From contig OZ024746.1 of NCBI GenBank assembly GCA_964016885.1, positions 2,604,001-2,668,000 on the forward strand: 64,000 nucleotides of DNA, in the 5' to 3' direction. A model generated the notes under the pieces. That model saw nothing but the letters and a program-made list of their open reading frames with translations. It did no database searches and was not told where the DNA came from. Each line of letters starts with the position of its first letter. The stretch's first letter is position 1. This document shows, in pieces, positions 1 to 13,193 of the stretch. Position numbers and translations under genes: made by a program. The DNA is from Eledone cirrhosa (lineage: Eukaryota).

Positions 1-1439
1 ATATTGCTTCTGTTGGTTACGATTATAAAATACCTTTTTCTTATATCACTTTACTATGTATTTTATGTTTCTGTAAGCTAAACAGATTCATTGCTATCGG
101 AGTTAAAACAGTAAATAAATAAAATAAAACGGTTTTAACAAATTTTGTTTCATATAAAGAAAAAAAATAAATAAAGCGAGTAAACAACTCTTAACTAACA
201 ACAAACCTATTCAATTATCAATAATCGTTTCTCATTAACTTTATCATTACTTTTATAATAGTAAATTCTTTGTTTCGAATGAAGTATATATATATATATA
301 TATACATAATTCTTTATACATTCTGAAATATTCTTTAGTCTAGAGTATTTTCGGGCAGTTTGGGAGACGAAAGAATTAAAATAAATTTTATTTTGACAAT
401 TCGCCTTACTACACCTTGCTATTTAATGTGTTGTCAATGTGAATTCTTTTACTCTATATTGGAGCGTTTAGAAATGTTTTGATAACATTTGTATAACACT
501 TTTAAGAATAATCACTGTCCTAACGAAATTGACACTTAAGATTAAGCTAATTTCTTCCACATATAACAACAATCCATTCTTTTATTTCTTAGTTTACATT
601 CATTTGTAGATTTCCTTTTAACAGCCCAAACTAGAAAGATAAAACAATACAACGCTTCCGCCCCTCACTTAATTTGCTTCGCTCACTTTTAATAATTACG
701 TCAAATAAGTGTTATTAGTGTTAAATGTACACATATGTATCACTCTTAATGACACCAGCACGTACAATCTTTCCTTCCTAATGCCGACCTATATTTACCG
801 TCTTTTTCCTATTATATCACCCCCCCCCTCTCTACAACATTCCCTCTCTCTCTCTCTCTCTCTCTCTCTAGACTCGCTGAATACTTTTCGCCAGCTGCTT
901 TTTAAAAAATTACTATTTTATCAAAATAAAATATTTTGGGCTACATTTCTTATACAGAAGATCATCTCTTCGTTTTATGATGACGGTGGGCATTTTTGTT
1001 CGTATATTTTGGAGATTTCTAATAGTTTCAACCACTTTCTTTCAACTCCTTTACCATAAATAAATAACAATTAACAAACGCAATTCTTCTAATTAACTTA
1101 AATGCTCTTACTTATTGTCACACCACATCTATTTCACGTTTCATAATTCTCAGTGACATTCATTACACAATAAAGTTTATATCTTTTTAAATGTAATTGT
1201 CAGTTTCTTTTAAGATACCCTATCCAGGATTATTTACTTGTTGCTAACTTAATCGTTTCCTTCTATTTAATTGAAGCTATTTCAGTTATAAATTGTATCT
1301 TAGCAAATGAAAATTAGGAGGAAAACTAGTTAAAATAAAATTGTTTTCTAGTCGAGTTTAATATTGAAATGCAAGGGAAACTAACAAAATTCCTTTCTTT
1401 AACCATGACATTATTATTTCCAACGATTATCTCTTCCCG

Positions 1440-1700
1440 CAGAAGTGATACACTATCCAGCCACTCCCCCTCCTTTAAACACACTGTCGCCACCGCTTCG
1501 ATATTCCCGCCTTCATATAAAACCGCAGAGTCGTGGCCAAGCAGCATATGGTCGTTTCCATAAACAAAATTCCTACCAATAACCGCCTCTACTATGTAAC
1601 AAGAGTTGTACGTGCGGAAAATCAATATCCAGCTTCTGGCTCCAAATTTCTTTCTCTTCTCCCTCACTTCTATCTCTTATATTTTACTCTAACGTTGAAA
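1440..1700 (+). promoter_or_regulatory. Putative promoter / 5' end of a host gene (CpG-retaining region)
   Basis: Local cluster of CpGs (gtcgc, accgc, ttcg, ccgc), TATAAAA at ~1517, CCAAT at ~1576 and GTACGTGCGGAAA at ~1608, then a pyrimidine-rich tract. By eye, CpGs become rare after ~2 kb outside young repeats. Strand is inferred from motif orientation only. Confidence 0.4.
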
Positions 1701-2616
1701 TTTTCTGCTATTCTTTTCACAATTGAAATATTTTTCTTTTCCCCTTTAAAATTGTCTTTCTCTACTATTGTTTAGTTCTTCATTGTTTCAGAATGTTTAA
1801 GCATTTTTCATTGAGTCGCACTTATTTCGTCTTGAAGTTTACAATTGTTTTACTCTACCAAAAGCATTTACAGAAGTTGTGAAATTGCTATCTTCTCCAT
1901 TCAGGGAATTTCCTCCCAAAGAAAATTATAAATAAACAAAAAAAAAAAATAGCTATTATTGTTCCGTGAAATATTGAGTGGATTGAATTTTATTTCTAAA
2001 ATTCTGCTTTCTTTGGTTGTCTTATTTACATTGAATTTAATAACTATTAATTTACATATACTTATATATAGTTATTTCATTGTTTTTAATTTTGTCTTTG
2101 TAAAAACATGCGTATACAAAAATAAAAAAAAAATTTATTTTCCCCCACCTCAAATTATTTCTTATTTTCTTCAATGTTAAGGGAAGAGTTTCTATAGAAT
2201 CAGATTAACCCTTTTCAGGTTATATCCAACATTCTCAATATACACTTGTTTTGGCATCTTCAAATACAATGATTTCTATATTGAAATTTTATGTAGATTA
2301 TTTTTTTTTTTTTAGAAATAAATATTTTCTTTATTTCCATGAATATTCAGCTCTGGTGGCCAATAAAGAAAGAATTATTTCCATGGATGTTATGAAAATA
2401 TAAGTATTTTCATGACACTCCTGAAAGAAATCAAACAAACAATTCAATTACAACTTGTGTGCCAAAATCATTTGTTGAGTTGTAATCCCAACTTGAGAAG
2501 CCAGAGAAATAGCTTCTATAAGGAATAATAAAGCTCCTCTATACTGGAAGAGCAACAAACAGCAATAAAAATGATTTCTGGGGCACAAGTCCACTTTTTC
2601 TTGTTTAGATTATAGT

Positions 2617-2748
2617 CCAGTACTTTATTTTATCGACCCCGTAAGGATGAAAGGCAAAGTTAACCTCAGCGGGATTTGAACTCAGGATGGCAAGGGCCGT
2701 AACTCTATACGTCAAAGCATGGCGTCCGACCCTCTACCGATACTGCCA
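2617..2748 (-). mobile_element. tRNA-derived SINE (family S1, Meta-domain-like body)
   Basis: Minus strand reads TGGCAGTATCGG (A box)...GAGTTCAAATCCC (B box)...CTTTGCCTTTCATCCTTACGGGGTCGATAAAATAAAGTAC. Nearly identical to copies at 18808 and 33508. Confidence 0.85.
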
Positions 2749-3120
2749 AATAATAATGATCAAGTTAAAGAAAGATTGTGTGTTGATTAGTAGCTATAGA
2801 TGTAGCCACAGCAGTAGTTTGATTTCACTGATCCACTCACAAGCTACAGGAGCATTAATGGCTTTAGTAGTAGTAGTAGTAGTGGTGGCAGTTGTAATGG
2901 CAACAATTAAGAGGACTTGCTAGCTCCCTTATTTTTTTATATATATTGTTATTGCTATTATTGAATTTAAAAAGAAAAATCCTTTTTTATTATAAGATAG
3001 AGATAGCTAAGATGATAATAGAGCACCAAACCTCTTCACTATTATATTTAGTTTCATTCCTCTCAGTTGCAAATCTCTGCTAACTTCTTTCATCCACCCG
3101 GAGCTATTGAGGATGATTTA

Positions 3121-3540
3121 GCCAGCTATACCTATGGTCATGAATCTTGGGTAATGACTGAAAGAATACAAGAGGCTGAAATAGGGTTCCTCTGAAGGGT
3201 CTTTGGTGTAATGTTACTCGATAGCTCGGAGATCAGGAACACTCCAGGTAGAGTTGTTACTTCTCTGAATCTAGAGAACATAGCTCTGATATTATGGACA
3301 CGTGGTTAGAATATTTCAGGAAAGAATTACTGGACTGATTTCACAGGCAAAACCAACTAGCAGGAGACCCAAGGGTAGACCATGAGCAAGATGGGTGGAT
3401 AACATCCATAAGCTTGGCTGGTCTTGCTTGGGGATCCAGCCTGATCAATTGGAGACAGTTGCTTCTGACAGGACCCATTAGAAGGAGTACTTGAGGACTC
3501 TACCCTCATGACCCTCCCAGGAATAAGTGGGTGAAGAAGA
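3121..3540 (+). mobile_element. Degenerate RTE-clade (Expander/Rex3-like) LINE 3' fragment
   Basis: Translates with frameshifts to TYGHESWVMTERIQEAEIGFL...YYGHVVR...RRPKGRP and ends in GAAGAAGA. Paralogous to 22790-23262. Confidence 0.75.
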
Positions 3541-3769
3541 TAGCTATTCCATACAAAATTGGCCTTGATTGGGGAAACTGGATTAGAAAGATTCTGTGGT
3601 AAAATTTTCAACCTTAAAATACTAGTATTAGTAGTTGACTTGATCAGACTTATTACTGTCTTGTATCCCGGTACATAGAGTGGGTGAAAGTGAGATGAGA
3701 AGAGGGTATGTGTCACATCTGAATGAGTATACTCCATCTCTAACTTACTCTCCGCTTCTGGGTCCTGGC

Positions 3770-4009
3770 TGATGGGATGGAGAATACATTGCCTCAGTGA
3801 GGAAACATGCTGGAATATCCACTCCACTTCGCAGGGCTCACACCTGCGGCAGCCAACTCGGCTTCGATAGCAGTGATTATGGATGAAGTCTGGGGGCCAA
3901 GAATGCTGGAAGTCTCCACTGCTACAGGTTCTACCACAAACCTATCAGAGAATGACCAATACTTGGACAGTTTGCCCTCTACAGCCTGGCAGACAGCAGG
4001 GCTTTGCAA
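3770..4009 (-). mobile_element. CRE-clade (RLE endonuclease) non-LTR retrotransposon C-terminal remnant
   Basis: Minus strand gives AVEGKLSKYW...EPVAVETSSILGP..., then in shifted frames EMEWIFQHVS and GNVFSI. This matches the E..K..KY...P.AVET.G..G...W.FQR.SLA..RGN pattern of CRE-type C-termini. Paralog at 32762. Confidence 0.7.
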
Positions 4010-4691
4010 ATTAGGAATTATGTTTTACGATTTAAATCTTAGGACCAAGATGGTCATAGCTAAGAATAATGATAGAATGTATAACTTCACCTCAAGCTGT
4101 CACTTTAGATATATTTGTGCAGGCATAATGTGTGTTTGTATCGAATAAATAAATAAAAGTGCTATAATGGTAACATTTCAAGTATTGGAATTTTCTTCAA
4201 AGGCAGAACATTTTATTTTTCCCGGGGAAACTTTAGATGGTAATGGCAAGGCATTTATTGAAACTATATATATTTTTGTGAATGGTCTTTTTAGTTTATG
4301 AATTAAGACTATCATAGAAATAGACATATGGATGTTAAACGATGATGATATAAACATATATACATACACATGCATACAGACATATATTGTTTCCGTATGT
4401 TCAGTTTGCTATTTCTGTCTCTGAAAAGTCTCCTTCAGCAGTTTTGGAGATATTGTAAAATCTTGTTTTGGTAAAGATAGCTCTTTCATCTTGCTGAGTT
4501 GTGTAAAATAAGGTTTTATTTACAAAGACTGCAAATTTAAATGGGAAAGGGTTTTAATTAGTTGAAATTAACCCCAGTATATACCTGATACCAGGGCTGG
4601 TTAAAGACATTTTGAAGTCTTTAGTAAAGTCTGAAAAAAAAAAAAAAGGAATTGACAAATATATTTAATTTAAATAAAATGGTTTCCTTCT

Positions 4692-4893
4692 TTCCTTGAA
4701 TATGCACGCATGTGTTTAGTTTGTTTCATGGTTAATCCAGCTTTACCTGGTGTTCATTTTGTTGATGCTCTGCAAGATATAAATGTATCATATATATTCC
4801 CTTGAATATGCAAACTTGTTCTTAGTTTACTTAATCCAGCTCTGGCTGGTGATCATTTCGTTGATGCTCAGATTTAAATATATCATATATATT
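4692..4893. repeat. Diverged tandem duplication (~105 bp x2)
   Basis: ccttgaatatgca...ttaatccagct...gttgatgctc...tatcatatatatt occurs twice. Confidence 0.7.
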
Positions 4894-4962
4894 GAGGCAT
4901 CTAATCTGTTGCTGCCACTTCACTAAGATTTCTAAAATAATTGTAATTCACTCAAGTCAGTA

Positions 4963-5045
4963 TAGCTTTATTTCTTATAAAGCCTGTTGCTAGTAGCTTT
5001 ATTTCTTATAAAGCCTGTTGCTAGTAGCTTTATTTCTTATAAAGC
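4963..5045. repeat. 31-bp tandem repeat (~2.7 copies)
   Basis: tagctttatttcttataaagcctgttgctag repeated. Confidence 0.85.
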
Positions 5046-6189
5046 AAGTTCTTGGTATTTTTTTTTTTATTTCTAAACAGAAATAACAACTAATCTTTAT
5101 AATGAATTAGAGGCACTGTGATAAACCCCAAACCAACAAGTTTGTGAATGAAACTTCTTAACCACACAGCCATGACTGTGTCTACGCCTTGTTAGCATAA
5201 TTTATTCATTACTTTGAAAGGGACAGGTAGTGCTCATGCTCATAATTATTTCAAACTCTTCCAGGCTGTGTGACTGGGAGGTGTGTATTGTTTTATCAGT
5301 GCAGTTAGTACTGAAAGTTGGAACGATGTAATGAGAAGTGTTCCAGATACAACTATGGTGAAGAAGGACTAATGAGATTGATATGTGGGGAGATTATAGC
5401 AATTTTAAGATTGATATATATTTTTTTTTAAAATGAATTATCTATCCCTCTACCCATCCCCCACATGATACATTTTCTTCTTATTATTTATTTATCTATT
5501 TATGTATTTATTTATTATTTTATTTATTTTATTTATTTCACATGCATATTTAATTTCTTAAAGAAAAAGAAACAAAAATGAACAAAATTAATTTATCATT
5601 ATCTATTTATTTTGATTGAAAGGAAGTGCATAGACTGAATATTGAGTGTTAAATTTAGCTAATGTTTAATTTAAAAAAAAGTAATAGTTATAATAAACAA
5701 TAGTCTTTGTGATAAGAACAAAACGTTTCATAGTTTCTCTTCATGTAAGGATTTTTATGGATGTCTTCTTATTTCATGGCCAATTAATGTACTGTTTAGC
5801 ACACTTCCATCAACTTTATTTAAATGAGATTCTTTCTATTCAGTTATCTGTTTAGTCATATGAAAAATATAATGTTGCTTCTCTTGTTTTTTATACTTGG
5901 TATTTTGTGTTTTTGTTATTGTTTTCTGTACTTATTCTAAAATAAATAAAAAGCTTCAAGTAGTTGTCTTTTATTAAGATATAAAAGAAAAATAGATTGT
6001 TTCATTAGTAGTATTCTTACTCTTACTTGAGTTTTCATATTTTGACTTTATTCTACATCTGATCGAAAGAATTACGACAGTGGTTAACTTTAAGCACAGA
6101 TAGTTTGATATATATATATATCATCATTGTCATTTTTCACACACACATAATATATGTATCTCCATATGTGGTTGACGGCTGAGAGAAAG

Positions 6190-6362
6190 GAGTACTCAAT
6201 ACCAAAGCAGAGTTTTAATATTCATTTTTATTAAGGCTAAATAGTGAGGCTTGTTATTCTGGAATTTCTCCTATTTATCACAGGGTCAACAGACATGAAC
6301 AGTTTTTGTCTGATGACCCTGTGAAACTCCAGAGACTCGCTTTTTAGCCTTAATAAAATGTA
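6190..6362. repeat. Foldback inverted repeat with hammerhead-core-like motif (Penelope pLTR-like remnant)
   Basis: Arms ttttattaaggctaaa...cacagggtcaacagaca and tgtctgatgaccctgtg...tttagccttaataaaa. CTGATGA at 6310 and GAAAC at 6323. The left flank is the reverse complement of sequence downstream of the 47104 motif. Confidence 0.65.
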
Positions 6363-7054
6363 TATATATATATATAGACAGACATATTGAGGAAGGGATA
6401 TGGACATTTCAATGCATTGCCTGGTTTAAATCTCCTGTCTAACCCATGGATCAGATTTCTTGTCTGAGGATAATTTGTGAGTTTTGGTTTCCTTCACCAG
6501 TCTTGGAGGCCTTACAGACATATTTGGGGGGGGGGGGGGGGGGGGGCTGCTGCACTACCATATGTGATGTAGTTAGCTGAGAAATTTTAATTAAAACTAC
6601 ACCCTTAATGATAACAATGATTACCTGACTAATTTTGATTTAAAAAAGATAAGACAATCTGAAATTATTATTATTATGGAATACAGTTTGGTTTTTATTT
6701 GTATTGTGACAACCTGAAAAATATTTCAGTCTTTTTAGATCACATTAGGAAACAGTCTAACCATTGCTGATATAGTTCTGAATGACTTGAGAAGCATAAG
6801 GGTTTTCTTTTGTGAATGAACACTGTGTTGTGATAAACTTAAAAAATATGACTGAAGATTATAGAGAACACTGCTTCTCGGAAAGTTAATAGTATAATTG
6901 ATGTAATTAATATTACATACTCGACTGTTACTAAAGTTTGAATTCAGAAATGTAAAGAGATATAACCAAATACTGTGTGACATCCATTGCCTTTAAATTT
7001 GAAGATGATAATTTCTAATTTAGGCAGAAACAGAGGAACAGTTGACTATATCAC

Positions 7055-7205
7055 CTTCAGTATGTGACTGGTATTTATTTGATCAAACCTATAAAGATGA
7101 AAGGAAAAGTCATCTTCTGTGGGATTTGAACTCAGAATGTAAAGGGTCATAACTAAATACCATAAAGCATTGTGTCTGACATTCTAACAATTCTACTCTT
7201 CCACC
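7055..7205 (-). mobile_element. Old degenerate S1-like SINE
   Basis: gatgaaaggaaaagtc...gggatttgaactcagaatg resembles the S1 body and B box. Confidence 0.6.
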
Positions 7206-7754
7206 ATTTGAGATGATGATAGTAAAAGGAATTAGTGTCAAGTCAGCAGAAATATACAACTATCTAAACTAAAAAGAAAGCTGACTATTTCTAGTCTTAT
7301 GAATTCCAGACTGAATGCTTTACAATATTTAGTTTCATTTGTTGACTTCAATTGATATTCTGCTGGTGTCAACGTTGGCTTTCATTCCCATAAGGTTCGT
7401 AAAATTAGCACCAATAAAGTACTGAGATCAATTTCATTGGCTTTAACCCAGCAAAAGGTGGCTTTGTATGAATTTAGAAAACATTATTATTGTCAGTGGT
7501 GGAGTGGAAGGTGTAAATGTTTTACAGCAATGATGTATAATGATGTCCATACTAAAGTTTTAGTGGTAAGAAAGTCACTATTGTTTATATATATATATGA
7601 TAATTTAAAATCTACATCGATTAAAAATAAATTTATCTTATTGCATAATTAGTAATATCCCCCTTTAATCTGAAATAAACACTGTCAGCAGTTTTACCTT
7701 TCACCCAACAAGAATTAAAATACCAGTTATATATATATATATATATAGAGCCCC

Positions 7755-8345
7755 CATCATCATCATTTTTACATCCATTTTTTCATGCTTGCATGGGTTG
7801 GTCCTTTTCAGCACAGCATCTCTTCTGTGAGTCTTTGATTTGAGACCAGCTCTCACAATCTCTGCCCAGCTCTTCCTTAATCTACCTCTACTGTGGTTTT
7901 CTTCCACTGGGATTTCCTGGTACTTCTTCACCCAGTGATTATCATCCATGTGCATCACATGTCCGTACCAACAGAATCTTCTCTCTTTTACACCACTTCA
8001 GATTCCTATTAAACCCAGTTTCTCCTTCAACTCATCCATGCTTTGTGCCTTTCTTTCACATTTACATTGCACATCCAACAAAGCATGGTTGCTTTATTTC
8101 TCTCCAGCTTATACATATCCTCTGCAGGCACTGCTCATGTTTCACTATCATGCAGCATTACACTTTGCTCACAGCTGTCACAGTCATCCTTTTGTACATA
8201 GGGAGAAACCTTTGTTGTCAACAGTGGGAGTAGGTCTCTAAACTTCTTCCATCCTAGTTATTATGCTCTCAGAGCACCTTCCTCCATTACTAATTAAGTC
8301 ACCTCGATAGCAGAAGCTATGCACCATTTCTATGGATCCTTCCTG
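7755..8345 (-). mobile_element. Degenerate RTE LINE 3' fragment (related to family A at 36914)
   Basis: Minus-strand HMDDNHWVKKYQEIPVEENHSRGRLRKSWAEIVR aligns to [34 protein letters not shown]. (CAT)n tail at 7755. Confidence 0.85.
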
Positions 8346-11194
8346 TGATATAATCTGGAGCTGATAGTTAATGTGGAGTGTTAGATGATTTATTAAGGAA
8401 TGGGTGTAGTGAATGGATTTAGCTGGGATCTTATAATGCTTTAAACCCCATTATTTTGTATTAATCATTTGAAATGAAGTTTCAGTTGCCTTTCCTTATG
8501 CCAAATGATCTTTAAAGAATCTGAGCCAACTCAAAGCAGTAATTAGTGTTCTATTTTAAGGGTGTTTCTCTGGGCTGGATCTCAGAACAAAGATGTTTTT
8601 ATCACATGACATTTCATCATAGATTTTATTTATTCATTTTGTATAATTAGTGACACAAAGTTATATGATCTGTTACAGAATAGTGAGTAATGTATATTTT
8701 AATGTCTGTAGTCATAAAAACTAATGTTTCTTGACATTAAACTTGGCTCCAGGTCAAGCCAGATGAGATATATGATCAAAAGTATTTGAATTACAGTCCT
8801 CCAATATTTTCTATTTAAGGTAATAGGGTGTGATTTGATAGAGATTTGGCTGTTATTTGTTGCAGGTTAAGCAACCCTGCAGAGGCTCTGTTGTTGGCTT
8901 ATTAATTTTGAAGCTTATTGATATTTCTTCACTGATAGACTTTCTGAGCATCAGCTGCATACTGGCCATTTTGTGAGCTAAAGTATCTGTTTGGGTGTTT
9001 AATTTTCATTAACTCAGATGGTTATAAACTTTTTCTTCTGTTTGAAAGTCAGAATTTCATTGAGGATTATGTTGCAAAACATTTTGGTACAGCTGAGAAA
9101 TAACTCAACAGAGACACTTTATATACTTTAGAAACGTTTATAACATACTCTATTCTCTTAAGTTTTCCCTGTAATATTTGCTTTTGTTGATTTGATAGGG
9201 AATTTCCTTTCTAGTACAAACTGACTGTATTTATATAAGATATATGCTTCTAAAACTACAACGATAAAAGAAACAAATTTGGAAACCTTTCTTTTTAATC
9301 ATAATGTGAAAAGTTTTGTTACAATTTCAGTAGTATAAACCTTTTGAATAGGAAATCAACTGAAATAAATAGGATATGTCTTTCTTGTACCAAAATGATG
9401 GACTGATAGATTTGTTAATTCTTATCAGGGTTAAGCTGAAAGTATATGAAGAGGGGAAAAAATGCCCAAAATATATATTCAAGTGCATCTACTGTTAACT
9501 TAAAATGTTCAAGCTTTTTCAATATTGATATTGGTTTTTTTTTAGATGCAAAGTTAAAGGGATGTCATCAATAGAATTTAACTGTAGTATATTACTGGTA
9601 CTAATTTTATTTACTCTCAACTCATGAAAGGCAGTGTTTTGACTCCAAACTTGATGTTGGAACTAAATATAATTTAAAATGTGTCACCTGACGACACATT
9701 ACCAACACATTACCTGTTACCAATTGTAAGTCTTAAATCTGTTACATCATCTTTTGTCTCATTTTTTGTGTTATTCTCTTGCACGAAGGATAGTCCAATT
9801 GTATTAGAACAGTATTAATGATGCCAATAACATCTAGGTTATATGACATTGCTTCAATCCTAGTAATTCTCGATCTGGGCTTTCTTAACAATATGCAGTA
9901 AAAACACAATTTGGCTATAGTGTACACCATTCTGATTAGTATTGTTTTTTTAAAAATCTTTTATTGTTTCATTTAGATGAAGTAGTTGACATTTTTTGTA
10001 CCTAATTCCTTCATTTTCTCTCCTTCCCTCCCCAAAGATAAATAAACATGACCTATATGATTATATTTCACAGGACTAAACTGTAAACAGTATGTTTGAA
10101 GGGGAGTTATCAAATCTTATTGTCAAGAATATGGCACAATTGATTCCAAAGTCAATGTTTGAAGGTGTTCCCAGCCATAATGTATCTTATATCAGCCAAT
10201 ATATCCTTTCTTTTTTTGGAAGAAATTACTGTGTTCAGACATGGGGAGGGGATGAGTTCTGCTAGTTTTAAAGTGTCACCCTCTACAACTCAATCTGAAT
10301 TTGTGAAGTTTATTAAATGATTCTTGTTGATAACCACCAATATTTTTAGGTTCCCTATTTTACTAGTTTGTCATTTGATTGTGGTCATGCTGGGGCACAA
10401 AGTATTTTTTTTATTCCTCTTGACATTTCACAAGTTGAAAATTGGTTAAAAACAGTGATAGAAAAAATACAATTGAAGTAAATAGTTTTTTAAGGAAGGA
10501 TAAGTGAATGAGAGTCAGATGGGAGGTTTAGGTATGTCTTTATCTGAAGTTATCAAGTTTCTATCATTGCCAAGCCTACTTGATATATGAAACTCTGTCT
10601 TGGTTGAAGTAGTTTATAAAAAGGTTTGGAAAAATATGAAAAACATTCTACTTGGTGGTGGTTGTTGTTTAGCCCAAGGATGTACCTGATCCAGAAGATG
10701 GTCCAGTGGCCATCTAATCTCTTTTTTTTTCTGCAGACACTGTATATCCAGTATATTTTATGGGTTAGACAGCAAATGTAATTAATGTCAAAAATATTTA
10801 GAACAAAATACAAAAAACACAAAACTTCTGAATGGACTTAGAAATTATATTTTGTGTTAGATCTAAATGGTAGACTGAGGTAGTAAAGGTAGATCTCAGG
10901 ATGCTGGACCTCAGAAAGGAGATGACAAAGAAATGAAGTGGGGGAAATGCTGTGCTGCAGAGGACTCATCCAATACATACAAGCATGGAAAAGTGGACGT
11001 AAAAATGATGGGTATGATCAGTGGTTCTCAACCATTTCACTGAGAAGGACCCTTTTAATTTAAATGAACATTCCACTAGAATTCCTCTTTCCTGCTGCTA
11101 TAATTACCCACTCCCTGATTGTTTTATGGCTGGAATAACAACTGTAAGAAAGAAATGTTTATCTAAAAAGAATGGATACCTAATGGTATATGTA

Positions 11195-11848
11195 CGAGGG
11201 GGTACTGAAATGTTCCTGGCTTTGGGTAAAAGAAAATACAGGAGGATCAGTTAATTATGATTTTATTCAACATATTCCCCTCTCAGATTCACACACTTAT
11301 TGCAGCAGTCCTACCTCCCATGTAAAGGTACCAGCTATACCCTTTCAGAATCCTACCTCCCCTGTAAAGGTAACAGCTCTACCCTTTCACAGTCCTACCT
11401 CCCCTGTAAAGGTAACAGCTCTACCCTTTCACAGTCCTACCTCCCCTGTAAAGGTAACAGCTCTACCCTTTCACAGTCCTACCTCCCCTGTAAAGGTAAC
11501 AGCTCTACCCTTTCACAGTCCTACCTCCCCTGTAAAGGTAACAGCTCTACCCTTTCACAATCCTACCTCCCCTGTAAAGGTAACAGCTCTACCCTTTCAC
11601 AGTCCTACCTCCCCTGTAAAGGTAACAGCTCTACCCTTTCACAGTCCTACCTCCCCTGTAAAGGTAACAGCTCTACCCTTTCACAGTCCTACCTCCCCTG
11701 TAAAGGTAACAGCTCTACCCTTTCACAGTCCTACCTCCCCTGTAAAGGTAACAGCTCTACCCTTTCACAGTCCTACCTCCCCTGTAAAGGTAACAGCTCT
11801 ACCCTTTCATGACACCCTTAAAGCCAGGAACTTTTCAGCACCCCCTCA
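11195..11848. mobile_element. Mariner-derived MITE with internal minisatellite
   Basis: TIRs CGAGGGGGTACTGAAATGTTCCTGGCTTT and AAAGCCAGGAACTTTTCAGCACCCCCTCA, flanked by TA. A sibling lies at 53662-53877. Confidence 0.85.
11307..11808. repeat. 42-bp minisatellite (~12 copies)
   Basis: Unit cctacctcccctgtaaaggtaacagctctaccctttcacagt, nearly perfect copies. Confidence 0.95.
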
Positions 11849-12301
11849 TATATATAATGTTTTTGACAAAGTATTTGAAATTCTGAACATGCTAACTCCA
11901 AGTAGAAAAGTAGTATTTTATATTATAAATAATGGATAGTATGAAATTTCTAACAATGTTTTGAAACAAAGTTGGCAGAAACTATTGCAAGTTCAAATCC
12001 CACCAGATTTGATTAACTGAATACCAGTTGTTCCCCTAGAGTAAACCTTCCCATGTGATAATGAACTTGATGCCTAGAAAACGAAAGAATAATCAATATT
12101 TGATTTATAAATTAAGTATATGATAAATATGTTGTTCTATTACTATAAAGAAGATAATTTCTTTTCCTTGTTGTAGCTGTTGTAACTATACTTTTATGAT
12201 AAGCAGTCCTCTTTCTGTGGTAGAGAGTATATTATGTTTATAATAGAAAGAAAAATATGTATATGATGATTCTGTTAAGCATGGGAAAATTATATATATA
12301 T

Positions 12302-12584
12302 ATATTATTCAAAATGTTAACAAATGAAAAATATTTGCATAATCAAAATATATACTTTATTATATACATTTCAAAGGTACTGTGCTGTTTTTTTTAGTAC
12401 GTCCTCATCAGACAAAATATGATTTGATATATGACCTACCGCTACGGTCTTGATTATTCAATTCCCGTATTTTGTAGATGAGGACGTACTGAAAAAAACA
12501 GCACAGTACCTTTGAAATATATATAATAAAGTATATATTTTGATTATGCGAATATTTTTCATTTGTTTACATTTTGAATAATAT
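12302..12584. repeat. Foldback inverted repeat (~108-bp arms, ~67-bp spacer)
   Basis: atattattcaaaatgt...gtacgtcctcatc is mirrored by gatgaggacgtac...acattttgaataatat. Minus-strand CTGATGAG sits at the inner edge (12404-12411). Confidence 0.9.
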
Positions 12585-13138
12585 TAAAAACTCCAGGAAA
12601 ACTTTTCTGTTGAGTGCTTCTAATCTATTGTAAAACTGTATTCGTTGAGTAATCAACGAACCATATTAATCTTTGGTTATATATATATAAAGAGAGACAG
12701 AGAATGATATACATGCACAGGATACATACAGGATACACACACACAATCACAGACAAATACACATATATATATACACACACTGTCTCTCTCTCTCACTCAC
12801 ACTACCATACTGAATCTCCCTGAGACTTGCATTAACATGAGCAGGCTGTTCTCTTGATCCAATGACAGGAACATTTGTCAGAACAGAAAGAGGTCCAACA
12901 AATACGGTTTAGAATAGTTAGACCATATCAGTATAACGTCCATTTTACATCCTAGCATGGGTCAGACAAGTTGTCCTGCTGTAAGATAAGCCAGATCAGA
13001 TGACCATGTCTGGCTCATACAAAACGGGATGGGGGTGGGGATTAAGCTTTCTATGTTTATATTGTGTGTGTGTGATGTTTATTATATTTGTGTTTATGTA
13101 TTTCTATAAATATATTATCGTTTTTACATGGTTACATG

Positions 13139-13193
<55 letters not shown>

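Noticed and set aside
709-2180. Short ORFs near the putative promoter
   Set aside because: Low-complexity, Phe/Leu/Ile-biased translations of AT-rich DNA with no recognisable domain.
11190-11939. 249-aa ORF with SPTSPVKVTALPFH repeats (superficially CTD/mucin-like)
   Set aside because: Lies wholly within a mariner MITE, and the 42-bp unit is simply a multiple of three.
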